DNA of 64,000 nucleotides. Origin: Amphiscolops sp. MND2022. Lineage: Eukaryota. Positions within the stretch are counted from its first letter, which is position 1. Each line of letters starts with the position of its first letter. The notes beneath the pieces are model-generated. The model saw nothing but the letters and a program-made list of their open reading frames with translations. It did not search any database and was not told the origin of the DNA. Made by a program: the position numbers and the translations under genes. Below are positions 38,471-52,115 of this stretch, one piece after another. The stretch lies in the NCBI GenBank assembly GCA_964187785.1, contig OZ076409.1:5706001-5770000 (forward strand), written 5' to 3'.

Positions 38471-39866
38471 ACTGTCTCAAATACCAACGGAACACAAACG
38501 AAAACAAAATAGACAAGCGAACTGTCATAAACCAAAAACAGCCACAACACAAAACAACCAATCAATACAGCCACATCACAACAACCCGAAACGATACGGA
38601 GTCATGTTGTCGGTGATTATGTGCCAGTCAGTCCCCTTCATCTGCAACAAACAACAAACGGATTTTACTAATGCGAAAGAGGATGAAAATTACGACAAAT
38701 TACTAAAAATAAACGAGAAAGAAGAAAGGAAAGACTAAAACACAACTAACACTGTCAGCTTTCCCTTTTGCATTGGGATGACCGGTGCACCGGATGAAAG
38801 GACGAATTGAACTCCTTGAACCAGAGACTATCTGACTGGAAATGCCCCCCAAACTCCTCGGAACCGTGAGTTTTCATGCCGACATCACAATGACACACTC
38901 GGCGGAAGAAAAACTTGCCCGAACCACACTTTGGTCCTGATACAAAATCGGGAAACGCAGGATGAAGGCTCAGCATTCGGCGTGCAAAATATTAACACTA
39001 CTGTACTTCTTTACCTTGGGTCGCTTGGACAATCGGTTGCCCACCTTTTAAGCAAAATTGTCAAGACCTAGAACGCGCAAAAGAAACTGTCCAATTAACC
39101 ATCACGAACAATACAATTGATACCATGACAAAAGAACAAAATACCAACCGGATCGTAACTGGGTCTCCACTTGGCCCGCAAGCTGCCGCCCAAAATCCAG
39201 AATATCTTGTGGGCTGAGTGCGTTGCCACCAGTGAGAAGGAACGGTTCGGGTTCATCCCCATGCCCCATGCAACAACTTCCTAACAAACATCACTAACTA
39301 ATCCAACCAGAAGCAAGAATCAAACGCGAAGTGGGTGGAACGAGGAACCAACAGCAGTCTTACGAACAGCACTCGTCTTATCTGGTAAACAGAAAATTAT
39401 CCCCTCATAGCCCACCTTTTTACCGCAACTACTACGGAAGAAAAGAAAAACCAAACACTAACTCTTTTTCTCTTGGGGGGAGGCATCAGTCTCACCTCCT
39501 TGAGACTCACTCTGCGAATCAACAGCCGGAGGAGACTCAACTGAATGTGAAGCTAAATTTCCGCTGAATTAGAAACATCACATGCCGGAACGACAGTGGA
39601 GCAAGAAGGAACAGGAGCTGTTGAAATCTCAACGTCAGGAACACTGAGCACGGAAGTCAACACATCAATAATAGAACTGGGAGGACGGACAGACAGGACA
39701 GCTAAAACCGGACGTAACGAAGAAGAAGTAGAAATAGCTACGTCTCCAGTAGTAGCAGAAAGAGCAGCAGCTGAAGTCGTGGTTGATGTACGGAAAAGCA
39801 AGTGCTGGTTTGATGCGTCAGAGATACGGGTAAGACTACAAATCGCTGATCACCAAAAATAATATA

Positions 39867-40066
39867 NNNNNNNNNNNNNNNNNNNNNNNNNNNNNNNNNN
39901 NNNNNNNNNNNNNNNNNNNNNNNNNNNNNNNNNNNNNNNNNNNNNNNNNNNNNNNNNNNNNNNNNNNNNNNNNNNNNNNNNNNNNNNNNNNNNNNNNNNN
40001 NNNNNNNNNNNNNNNNNNNNNNNNNNNNNNNNNNNNNNNNNNNNNNNNNNNNNNNNNNNNNNNNNN
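39867..40066. other. Assembly gap
   Basis: Run of 200 N. Confidence 1.
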
Positions 40067-40162
40067 ATCCTTGCAAACTGTCTTGCAAGATTGTGGCAAG
40101 CAAAGAATTGAAATTGCAAGATTCTTGCAAGAAAAGCATGCAACTTTCAAGATTCTTGCAAG
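40067..40162. repeat. Degenerate short tandem repeat with CTTGCAAG core next to the gap
   Basis: TTGCAAG/CTTGCAA recurs about every 11-20 bp. Confidence 0.55.
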
Positions 40163-41381
40163 CTTCGACTGAGATTTTGAGGTGAAAAAAAACTTAAGCT
40201 CTGTGTTTTCGCCATTGAAACTCACCTTTCGATCATTCCCACTAATTGCTATTGTAGTTACTATCGAGACGGCCATTTCAGACTGAAGGTTTGAGAGTTC
40301 ACAACAATTGTAATAATAACGGTAGAGTTGGTCGACCCCAGTTTTAGAATCAGAGTTTTGACATCGCGAATTTTTTCCTCTAATCACTAAACCGCTACTT
40401 TCGAAATCGTGTTTAGCTGGAAAAAAATTCTCCAGACTATTAAATGCTTGACTTCAACTATCTTTCAAAATTGAATGATAACCTAATTTCGTTTCGCAAG
40501 TTTTGTACTATACTCATTTTACAGTGGTAAAGGTTGAAAAGTTTTTAGATTCATTTTAAAACCCCCTGTAAGATTTTGAGGAAATTCGGATTTCGGACAT
40601 TTTACTAGTTACCCCTAAATTGAATGGCTAAAAAAACTGCTGAAAATTCCTGCGCGGCCGCTAATTCGCTGATCAGCGATGTCAAAACTCTGATCAGGAC
40701 TTATGTCGACGAAATATTTAAAAAGATTTTTAGTCATAAAAAAGCGACTGAAAAACTAAGTTCAAAAATTACTACGGTTTACATTGCTGATAGTAAGCAT
40801 CGGCTTTCGCTCTACTTCGAAAAAAAATGTTAGTGCTCTAAGTTAATAAAAGTCCCCATTTTATTTGAGAATTTCGAGTGACAAATCTTATATAATGGTC
40901 TCTAGTTTTTAATTTATCCCTAATTGGGTCTCTGGGGCGGGAATTCGTTGAGTTTGATATTTTTCCCGTCCCGATTGAAATGTTATTTGCATTTTTTTTA
41001 TATAAATAAATGTTCTTCCCTTTTCCAATTAAAGTACTTTTACTTTTCTAATGACTGGAAAAACTGCTCCAATTTCAATTTTGAAAGTGCACAACAACTA
41101 TTTTAATTCTGCAAATCCTCAAAAAAGCAATCAATTACTAATGCTACGATGTAAGTCTTATTTAATAACTGCGTTCCACTCAAACTTATACGTTCTATTC
41201 GCGACTTTTTGGGTCGAAATAGATGAATTTCTTGCAAACAATAAAGTGTCGACATTCTAACAATCCTGCCTCAAGGTCAGTTCAGCCCCCTGTCTAGAGG
41301 ACAATATGTCGAACATTGCCCTGAATGCTAGCTGCTCCGCCACTGACGAATGACAAGAAAACAGGGAAAAAACAACACAAA

Positions 41382-41419
41382 AAACAAACAAACAAACAAA
41401 CAAACAAACAAACAAACAA
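41382..41419. repeat. (AAAC)n microsatellite
   Basis: About 9 tandem AAAC units. Confidence 0.9.
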
Positions 41420-43404
41420 TATTTCGAAATTCAACCTCTTGAGTGTTATCTGTACTAGACATGAAATCATTTATGTTCTGTATTATTCTCAATATTAATT
41501 TGAATGTTTTTGCAATACTCTTCCCCAAACTGGTATAAGTCAATCTAGGAAATGGAGGAATTAGCAAATAAAAGCTCAGGTAAGTAATGGTTCGTTCATT
41601 CGACCAAATAAAGAACTTACTACGTATTACTTTCCAGTTCTTCGAGGCTTTCAAAAACATCAGTTGAGATCCAAGATACCCAAATTCATCAAGAAAGTCG
41701 TTATCACTATATCATGGTTTCAAAACAGTGGCAGATTAACAAAATACTTGGTAGAATGAATAGACGTCAACAAAAACTCATTTTTAAACTATTCCAATGG
41801 TTCTTTTCTCGATCTTTCTCTAATCCAACTGAAAATGACGTATTCAAGAATCTTTCGAGAACGATAATGTACGTATGATTTTATTTTTTATAATGCGAGT
41901 TTAGTATTCACCTATCTTGGACAAATACCTGAAGGTTTGACTTGAAAAGTTCTTCAATGTCGTAATTGCAGGGCTGTCGGAAGTTATCATCTACAGCTGT
42001 TTTCGATTTGTGATCTGCCTAACATTGTGATATTAATGCAGTAATTTGTACATTTTCCTCCCTTGCCAAAATATACAAATTTTTTATACGGGACCGTAAG
42101 TGACACTGCAAGGAGGCTCTGCCCCTTGCAGCGTATACGACACCCTCCTAAACTTTCTGACTGGCACCGTCCTATTTTAAAAATCACTTTAGAAGAATCA
42201 AGATCAGTTTCGCTCTGCTGAGAAGTTCCACACTTTGACTCAGAGGCTCTAAAGCGATGAGGAGTTTGACTGCTGTAGATTCCGCTATCGCTATAAGCGC
42301 GATAGCAGAGAAAGGGGAGTTGTTCTACGTATAGACACCTGGCAACTTTTTTTTTGTATAATTCTCAAGAAGAGTCTGTTACGGAAAAATTGACATTTTC
42401 AAATCACGTTTCATCAAGAACAAGTGACTGAACTTCCGCTTTTGTGATACCAACAGGAAGCTGCAAGATCTGGTCTAAATTCTGTTGATTAAAACAACAG
42501 CCGTGATCGCTTGTAAAATGTTTTAAAAATTGGTTTCTGTTGTGTTGGTAAAACTCATAAAAATTTACAAATTTTTGTCAATTTTACCTAAACAGACTGT
42601 ATTTTGATCATCAGACCTCGACAACCCATCTAATGGGTCCCCTAGACGACCGGTGACCACGTCTTTTTTTTGTTTGCTTACAGTTTGTTGATTGTGCTGT
42701 TGTAAACCTCAAGGGATTGCTGTGCATAGTCGAATTATGTAGAATCGAAATGTGACTTGATTTATCTAGGATCGAAAGATTTGAAAATTTCATTTGTATT
42801 GTACCATTGCTCTAGTGCCCTGTAAAATTCGACCATATATAATTCGATCCAGAGAACTTCAGTTTCAACTTTCGATTCTAAATAATTCGACTCTGGAGAG
42901 GCAACTCAACCTTGAATATCTTGAAGAAATATTCTTTCAAATATGCGGAATATCAACTGAAGTGATCATCTTTCGAAAAGGTATTTTAATAGAAAATGCC
43001 AGACAAGAAGCCCTGTCTCAAAAATCAGCTCGACCAGGTTCAAATAATTTTCAAATATACCCGGAAGCATCCATTAGAAATTCAGCTTCCCTTAACGCTG
43101 TTCTGCAGGAATTTGCTGATTACAGCAGTCTCATCAATAAATTCAGTTTCAGGCTCAAAGATGTTGAACAGTTTCGTGAACAAAAATCTTTCAATGTCAA
43201 TTCTTCGAAAAATTTTCAGAAAATAGGACAGTCAAATTGCACATCAAAGGCCATACGTGGAATTTCATTGTCATCTAGGCCTTTGTACAAAGTTCACTCA
43301 GTTAGGTGGGAGTCGGTCACAGACATATTCTCAGCTTGGCTATTATATATGGTATATATATTGTATATTATATAAATGGGGGTTACCGGATGTCTCGGTG
43401 GTTC

Positions 43405-43925
43405 TTAGTCGGCGCTTCATGCAGTGAAACTCGACTATTATAGTGACATTTTTTTTCAATCCAAACGAACTGACCAATTTAGTTCTTCGAAAGTTCTACG
43501 AATAATTATAGTGTCAAATTGGCCCATTTCGCATAGCGAATTGAACCAAAAAAGTTTTTCGTGTTTTTCCGCGTAACATACAGTAATGGGGAGACTAATA
43601 AAGTGTCCCCTCTTTCAGGTTTTTCGGCATTGTGAGACTTTTTTCCGATTTTTTTCCCTCAAAGGGTCACCCTTCAATTGTTTTGATGCTCGGCGACAGA
43701 AAGGATGTTGAAAAATCCCAAATGGTGCCCCTTTTCAGTTTTTTCGGCATTCTGAGACATTTTTCGGAATTTTTATCACCCTACAATTTTTTGATGTTTT
43801 GCAGCAATGGATGTTAAAAAAGCCGAAAGAGTCCCCCTTCTAGCGCGCCAGGGGCCCGCGCTAACGGGAACCTGGCGCGCCTGTTCGGTCGTTTGGGTTT
43901 TTCGTGAGTTTGATACTCTTTTTTA
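43405..43925 (+). mobile_element. Partial HINE-like copy (5' end)
   Basis: TTAGTCGGCGC...CTCGACT 5' structure and the same internal TCCCC/TTTTTCGGCA subrepeats; no 3' end found. Confidence 0.5.
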
Positions 43926-45885
43926 ACTGACAACTCAACCGTCGTTAGAACCGGAAACATCAAAAACTAAAGTTCTGACAATTTTTTTCCGAAAAACGCC
44001 TTTTTCAAGCAGAAAATATTCATGAAAGTGAAGGGGTACACTTTGATTAAACAATTTTTTGTCGCACAGAAGCGAAAGAAACCTTAGGTTTTTTCACATA
44101 TAATTGAAAAAACTCTCCTCAGTAAGTCCTCCGAATTTTTTTTTCAAAAATACTCAAAAATCTGAAAATATTGTAAGGAAAAAATTCAATGTTTTATGTT
44201 TGAAAATTTTCTTTCACTTCCAAAAAGTCCCAAGTTAATCACATAGTGCCGAAAAACCGAAAAATGGCCTTCTATGCTCGCAAAACGCTTTGTATCTGCT
44301 AAACATCGACGAAAGGGTTTCGATTTTTAAAAAAACCTGAAAAAAAGTGAGACAAAGGCAAACAAACTACAGGGGGACACTTTGGTCTACTCTCTACTTT
44401 CGCAAGCTATAAAAAAATCACTTTAGTGCGAGACTCGAATCCATGTACTACTACTTCTAAGGCCCCAGAAAATCCGATGAACATCTAGATCAAGTGGTAG
44501 ATAGAATTAGACAACTTTTAGGAAGTGGTAGCTAGAATTAAACAACTTTTAGGAGTGTTTATCGTCAATGTGCTAAAAGTGAAAACATATTATCCTTGAG
44601 AACCCTAAATTTGAAAGCAACTGAAGAAATACATAAAACTCATTTCCCTTTGCAGCTTTTAAACCATACCTTTAAACAATGCTTCTGAAAAAAGTTTTCC
44701 TGAAAATGCATGAAGAAAGAAGCACTTGCTTATTCCAAAAAGCTTTGATATGAGATCCCATTCATAAATTTGTCTTTTGTGATCCCATGTGTTTTGTGAA
44801 TGTACAACACTCTGTATGCGCTCTGTGCAAAGGTCATATTTCAGTGCTATGAAAAAGGAGTAGAACAGAAGTAATAACCTGGTGAACTTTTCGTGCAAAT
44901 TGCTCAAAAACAAGTCAAATGACAGCGTTTTAGAATTTAACATTCTTAAGAAAAATCCTTGAAGTTTCTAGGAGCAATATTGACGAAGTCTGAAATTGAT
45001 ATTCTCAAATGCATCAAGATGAAAAACTGTTGAAATTTTGATGTTGAAACTACAAGGAATTTCAAGAAACTTTTGTCTGGACATTCTTATCAGAAAAAAT
45101 AATTCTTTTAAACCTTATGGTGAAAATTTTTGGAAAATTGGTGAAAATCTTATAACAAATAGACTTGAATACAAACCAGAAAGCTTCATTGACTCTTTTC
45201 GGTTTTCCCCGCCACCACCAAATTTTTCGAAAATAACTTTCCTTAAAAACTTCAGATTAGCCTAATTAAAAATAAAACCTTCTTTCATAACAGGAAGTTA
45301 ACTTCTATTAGAGTAGTTTTCCGCTTGAAAAAAACATTGTTCACGCATTTCGACTATAATCATGTTCGTATTAAGTGTCTATTGATGACTTAAAACAGGA
45401 AGCTGTTGATTTCTTCATCAAAAATGCGTGACTACTTAAGGAAAAAGTGTGAACAAACTTTGTATCTGAATCCTCAACTATAACCTTGAGAATAAATTTG
45501 AAAATGAAGCTTTCTGGTTTGTATTCAAGTCTTTTTGTTATAAGATTTCCACCAATTTTCCAAAAAAAATTGGTGGTGGCGGGAAACAGAAAAGAACCAA
45601 AAATAAGACTGAGAAAACGCCATGGCACTGCGACAACTTCAGTACGACGTTAAAGAACCGTCAGAAAAATCTAACACCTCTAAACTTCAGTTGAACAGAA
45701 AATGAAGGGTCTACTATTCTGTCCCCTTCTTCCCCACCACCAAAATTTTGAAAGTAAAGTTCCCTAAAAAATTCAGACTAGCCTGAAGAAAAGTAAAATC
45801 TTCTTTCATAACAGGAAGTTAACGTCCAATAGAACAATTTTTTGTTTGAACAAAACATTGTTCATGATTATGTTCGTATTAAGTG

Positions 45886-46376
45886 TTTTTAGTCGGCGCT
45901 TTTCTAGTGAAAAGTGCCCGACTCTTACAGTGGCTAGTTTTTTTCTTTTTTTCGTCAGACCACAGACCTCATCGCGTATGTACCACTTTTTACAGAAACT
46001 GATAAAACTACTCAGGCCAAGTCCGGCCAATGCAAACTTAGTGCAAATGGTCCCCCTTTTCATTTTTAACCTTTTTTACGTAACCTACAAAACCAGAAGA
46101 TACTAAAGGGTCCCCCTTTCAATTTTTTTCGGCACTGCAACTTTTTTCGAAAATTTTTTAATGTCTCAAAAGAGTCCCCCTTTCGAGTTTTTTGATATTT
46201 TGCAACAGAATATATGTTAATAAAGCCCAAAGGGTCCCCCCTTTTACATTTTTTGGCACTATGCGACATTTTCTGAAAGAAAGAAATCAAAAATTTCAAG
46301 TTTTTTTTTGAAAAAAGTCTTTTGCGCTTTTTCAGCCTTAGATATAGCGCCGACTTTAGACGTTCCCGTCTTGTTT
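45886..46376 (+). mobile_element. Helentron-associated (HINE/DINE-1-like) non-autonomous element
   Basis: TTTTT-AGTCGGCGC...GTGCCCGACT, then GCGCCGACT, hairpin GACG-TTCC-CGTC, TTGTT. Splits a repeat that is uninterrupted near 45360-45460. Confidence 0.75.
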
Positions 46377-49300
46377 GTGACTCAAAACAGGAAGCTGTTG
46401 ATTTCTTCATCAAAAATACGTGACTACATAGAGAAAAAGTGTGAACAAAGTTCGTATCTATTCTATTGGAATTATTTTTTTGTTTGAACAAAACATTTTT
46501 CACACATTTTGACTATCATTTTGATCGTATTCGTTGTTTTTTTGTGACTAAAAACAGAAAGTTGTTAATTTTCATCAAAATTGGGTAACTTCATCAGGAT
46601 AAATAGTGTGAGCAAATTTTATTTCTCAATTCCAAATTTTAGCACTGGAAATGAATTGAAATTGAAGATATCTGTTTTGTATTCAAGTCTTTCTCTATAA
46701 AATTTTCACTAATTTTCCGAAAAAAGTTTCCGATGGTGTAACAGAGAAGAGTCAAAATGAATTAATGCATGAAGATTTCCATAATGGTATCTTCATGATG
46801 AGTATTCCACTACCTTGGAAATACTTTCACCGTCCCTGCTAAAAAAAACTTTTATTGAGGTACGCCATTCGGTAAAATGGAAGTTTTCAAAAAACAGCCG
46901 CCAGGTGCTGAAAAATTCGAAGGGGGACATTTTGATCATGTTGGCGGAAATTTGAAATGTTGGCGGAAATGTCAAAAATCCCGTGCTGAATTCGTTTTTC
47001 AAGAAAATATAAACAAATCATTATTAGCATGCATTTTTTGCAAGAAGCACGGACAAAATAGAAAAATATTAATGGCCAGGAGATTAACAAACTACTCATT
47101 GTGGTAAGAAAAAAGATCAATTTAATCCTGAATTTATTCACATGGCAATAACATGGAGATGAGGCAATCAGAGAAAGCATTTACATACAAAAGCAATAAG
47201 TGCTTCCTGCCTTGAATGAAAAATGTCAAGCCATTTAGTTGTTTTTCAAATTGTGTTGCTTTAGAAGCGGTACCGCCGCCGATGCAAGGTAGTTGCGAGT
47301 TTTTCAGTGGTTTACCAGAAAGCATGTTTTTATAGAGATTTTTTTAAAATTCAGAAGATCGAAAACATTCTCTAGAAAAAACCCTAGCCTTGAATAATGT
47401 CAGTGGGTTACGTAGAAACTGAACCACGGATATAGTTGTATACCAGTTAGAGTGTCATGTTCTTACAACGATTTGTCATAAATTTAGTTAGTTTATTTTT
47501 TATCATTATTGAGGTTGAATTTATATAGCCTAAAGTTTTCCATCACTTTTTGATTTGTGGTAGAAAAGCACGTGAACAATGATGGTCCGTGTGATTTGAT
47601 TTATACTGTAGAATCAAACCAGAAATATGAAAGTTTGTTACAATGCTATAATGATATTCAATTTGTCAAAAAAATGAATCGCGCAGTTCTGAACTTTTTA
47701 TCACATGAAAAGACCAGACTGAAACGGACCACTGCCTGCTCAAACTAAATGGAATCCGGGACTTATGACGTAATTTGCCAATTTTGCACGGTTAAAGGTA
47801 TGGTCGTGGAATCCGAGATATTGAAAGCACAAAGTTGCGCTTTGAGCAATAAGGCTTGCCTGTGCACTCTAATGACACCTTAGTAGGCTCATTACTTGAA
47901 ACCGATGAATTGAAAACCAACGAGGGCTGTGGAAGGATCAATTCTTAGTCTGCGCCGCTTTTTATTTGTAACAAGTGCCAGACTTTTACAGTGGCAAAAT
48001 TGTCACCTTGAAGCGTTCACATTTAAAAGGTTTCACAAAAGTTGTATGTCCTTTTGGTCTAGATGTTAACTCATGGTTCAGACGTGGTGCCAGTGATAGG
48101 ATCTGAGAAGCAGGAGTACAGGAGTCCCACGCTAAACCGAATCCAATGCTTGCTAAGGTAGAGGAAAAACAAGACGAACCACATTTTGGGCTTTATCCGG
48201 TACTATGCGACGTTATGAAAAAGGCGGTCTTGCATGTTTCTAGCTGGCGTTTTTCCATAGGGGAAAAACAGTGTTTATTGCAAATTCGTTTGATAGTTTA
48301 CGACTTCCGCCCTTAATGATTTTATACGATCTCGGACCACAACACCTACCTCACACAAAACATTCCTGCATTGCCACAAAAAGCATTTGTTTGCCTGAAA
48401 AGTACCTGACTAACTCTGAAGCTGTTTTTGAATTTTGCTTGCATTGCTAGGTGCTTCTTTGACTAATTGCGTCTATCTTCTGGTTTGGATAGAAATCTAG
48501 ATACTTTACTTTATGTTAGTGACGAAAGAACATTTACTACAACTTTGTGGCTGGTTTGAGTAGTTTGTTGGTTGTTTTTTTTGTTACTGGTATAGTGGCT
48601 GGTATGGGGTTCCCTACTTTCGTTGCAGACCACGGGTGTGTGTCTTCTCCCCCCAACATGATGATACACATGGCACTTGATTGATGACGAAGATCCATGA
48701 TATCGGATAGTGGAAAAAAGAAAAGGTTTACTATAACTGCGAAACTACCTTCATCTTGTTTTCAATTGAAAGACAGTTTTTACACCCCCACAAGTTTTTT
48801 TCCGAATTCTGCCAAATCTCCACTTCTTACTCCATTTTAAATTTAATATTGCGTTTTACTAGGGAGGAGGCAGAAGTTTGAAAACAAGCGCTCCCATATG
48901 TTCCAGCACACTATATCCGAACTTTCGACGTTATATCCGAAGTTAATTTTCTTTTACTACGAAGGAAGCGGAGGTTCGAATTAATTGCGCTATATCCGAA
49001 CTTTGACGTTATATTGTGTTTCACCAAGGAGGTAAATTGTCGATTAAGTGTCTGTTGTTACGCAATTGAAGGCGGAAAATATACCGGAGCATAGCGGGCA
49101 TCTTGTTCAAAAGAAAAAGTTATTTTTGCTGCGACATTTGAAAGATGGACTGAAAGCACGGGAGGATGAAAGCACCTCCATCAAATAGCTCATCCCTGTT
49201 GTCATTCAGTCCGAAGCATCGCTGAACAATAGTACCTGCTGATGAAACGGAACTGCTAGCCCTCTTGAGCCAGCTTTTGAATGTTGTGGATAGGAAGTCT

Positions 49301-50381
49301 GATGCTTTTTTGCTTGCGAATACCATGACTTTGTTCATAAATATTGATGGTGAAACCCTTCTCCGTTCAGCGAACAAAACAAGGGGGCCTTTCCAGGCAA
49401 GTATCGACAACTCATCAGATCGTCGACGAGCTGCGTTCGAAAATATGGTACTTGTTGGCGCCAGTCATTTGCAAGACGAGAAACTAAAAGTCGAAAGAGA
49501 CTGATGAAACTTATAACTCAGAACAAATTTTCTCAAGATTTTAGTTGAAAGTTACCACTTTTAGCAAAATGGCCATGTGCCATAAAAGAGCGAACCGCTG
49601 TTTCGAGAAGCACTTATTCAATGACCCCGAAACTTAGCATGTACAAACAAGAGGTATTACCTCAACTTTTAACTTTGAGCTCTCGACCTCGTATCTCCCT
49701 TGGGTTCCGGGCAAGTAGCACCGAACGTGGTGTAAGCCAACCCCTTCAATGCCCAATTTCGTGATACAAGTTCTTATGGGATGATCTCATATGACTTTGT
49801 AGGAAATATAATTCTTTTCGAATTGGTGATCTTTACATTGTGTAAACAAACATTCGGGCCCATCTACTAACAATTATGCCGAATTCACCACATGATACAT
49901 TTATATCACCAATAATTTCATATTTTACTTTAAGTTTAGTTTATTTACACCACAAATTTCGACTCATACTAACTGAAGTATTGTAGACCAGATCTTCACT
50001 ATAACTAGTTAGAGATTTAAACAACTTAATAGCTACTACGTGTCTAATAAACATCTATCTTTACAAGTTTTCGTTAGACGTCAGAGCCAACTAGTCGGAT
50101 TTTTGGTCACAGGACCAATTGTAGAGGAACTGAGGAAAAGTTTATCGGTTGTTTTCAGCAAGAAACTGTCGAACTACTTCGCCGGCATATTGAAAGGCAA
50201 AATTTGCGACATGATGTCTGTGACATGAGAGGTTTTCATTAGAACCAGAGACCTTTTTAGGGATCCTTTTCTAGTCGGTCAGCAGAGCAATTCCGTAGAA
50301 ATGCCATTTTATTAAAACAATCTAAAACAACCATTGACATGGAAGGACGTTGTTTTCGACATAATGTTTCTTTTAATGCAA

Positions 50382-50550
50382 TGTGTGCTGCCTTAATTCT
50401 TAGTAGTGTGGTGGTTATTTTAGAGACTAACTAAGACAGGCTTATTCGAGGTTTATCTAGCTAGATTTCTGATGGTAAGAGTAGAACAAAAAGGAAGTCA
50501 ACCAAATACTGATTATTAACTTTCTCTCTCTGAGGGAGTAGAGACTTACA
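50382..50550 (-). repeat. Probable 3' LTR of element B (~168 bp)
   Basis: Minus strand TGTAAG...GCACACA; shares CTAGCTAG and AACCACCACAC with the LTR of A. The partner LTR is not in the window. Confidence 0.6.
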
Positions 50551-51457
50551 ATCATTCAATAAATAAATGTACATTATATAAACATTAAAATACTATTGGT
50601 TATTAATGTAGGTCAGTACATCCATCCCGGTTTTTAAATAAAATAAAATTTTACAATAACATCATTAAATAAAATAATAAAAAAATTTTTGTTTATATGT
50701 TTTTAGCGTTCCAGCTAGTTAACATTTTTCATTTGATGGATGATTGGCATAAGTCTCTTTAAGAGTTGTGTAAGTTCGACTCATTGATCTACCTCGAATT
50801 GTTAAAATTTTGATTGACACCTCGTAGGTGCGACTAACAGTTCAAAAGCGTCACAGTGTTCTTTTTCACTATGCTTTCGTCGGCTTGTTTTTTGAACTGG
50901 TAGATGCTCAATTTATGTTTCTGTTGAAGTTTTTGGAATAACTTCGCATTGAACAAACGTGAGAAAACATCATACGAGTTAGAGGTTAAAGAGTCATTGA
51001 AAAATTTTGTTGACAAAAAAATCTTTTATGTGTGAAAACTTTCTGAAATGATATCAGGTTGTGATTAACTTTGGCGGGTTTGTTATGTAAGAAGTGTTGA
51101 AAACTTCGAGAATTTAGGTCTATCATTATTCAAATCTGAGTTGAACAATGTGCTTGATCTAATTTTGAACTAGTTTTGTTGAAATTTGAGAGAAAAATTT
51201 TTGTTAACATATATTGTATATCTGGATGGAATAGCACCGAAAAATAATAATTATTCATTAAAAATGAGAGCAAATAAATATCGGTCTGGGCTGAAATTGG
51301 ATTTTATGGGCAAATAAATAAGGGGGGGAACTTAAAATTAAAATAAAATACATACTGCGAATGTTTTCTAATATATTTCTAAATATTATCATGCACAGTG
51401 TTTTTTCTTTGCTTTTGAGTTTCTTTATTCTTGCTAATTAATTATCTTCGGTTGGAC

Positions 51458-51626
51458 GATTGAAGATTGAAGATTGAAGATTGGAAGATTGGAAGGTGGG
51501 CGAAAATGGGTCAGTTGGCGTCAATGAAGTTGAAGATGGGTGCTGGTTGAAGATGGGTGCTGAAGACGGGTGCTGAAGTTGGGTGCTGAAGATGGGTGCT
51601 GAAGATGGAAGATGGGTGCCGAAGAT
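51458..51626. repeat. Tandem repeats in the 3' UTR of element B
   Basis: 7-bp GAAGATT units, then 13-bp TGAAGATGGGTGC units. Confidence 0.85.
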
Positions 51627-51638
51627 GTCAATTTGAAG

Positions 51639-52115
51639 CTAGAAAGAGACGTAAGTATATGTTTTGAATGGGTTGTTGTCATCTAGAACTGCTTCGGGTG
51701 GGTCTTTTTGAAGTTCTTCATCCGTATCGGCGTTATCATCTGAAGGCCAATAGGAATCCAAATGTTGTTTTTCCATTTCGGAACGTATTCTATTTGTCAG
51801 ATTGCGTAAAAAACGTTTGGGTTTTATGGTAGTATGTTCCGTTTGGGTAGCGGCGTCTCGTTGGGTTGAATTTGTATCTGGATGTCTGTGAATATTGAGG
51901 TACTGGTCGAAATTTATTTTTGTTATCTGGAATATTTGGAACATATTAAGCAATATCATCCTTGTAAGATGGGGATTTGCCTTTTTGTCTGTTTTTAGCT
52001 GTGCATTTAATGTTGTTAAATGCTTTTTCAGGATTAAGGATCGTAGTCGAGCTGATGAAATGGAAAGCAAAGGAGCTATGGGGCAGTCTGTTTCGCCAGT
52101 ATGGATAGTGGTCAT
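51639..52115 (-). CDS. Element B ORF-Z, 158-aa accessory protein of unknown function
   Basis: Intact ATG-initiated ORF; FDQY..IH shared with A; contains DAATQTE and an acidic tail. Confidence 0.6.
   Translation of the reverse strand: MTTIHTGETDCPIAPLLSISSARLRSLILKKHLTTLNAQLKTDKKANPHLTRMILLNMFQIFQITKINFDQYLNIHRHPDTNSTQRDAATQTEHTTIKPKRFLRNLTNRIRSEMEKQHLDSYWPSDDNADTDEELQKDPPEAVLDDNNPFKTYTYVSF

Noticed and set aside
39738..40387. ORFs spanning the N run
   Set aside because: Artefacts of the assembly gap.
42794..43375. 193-aa ORF as a host gene
   Set aside because: TTG start, no recognisable motif and no exon support.
50219..50339. Short TG...CA segment resembling the element A LTR 3' end
   Set aside because: Similarity is limited to an A/C-rich stretch, with no TSD or partner; too weak to call.
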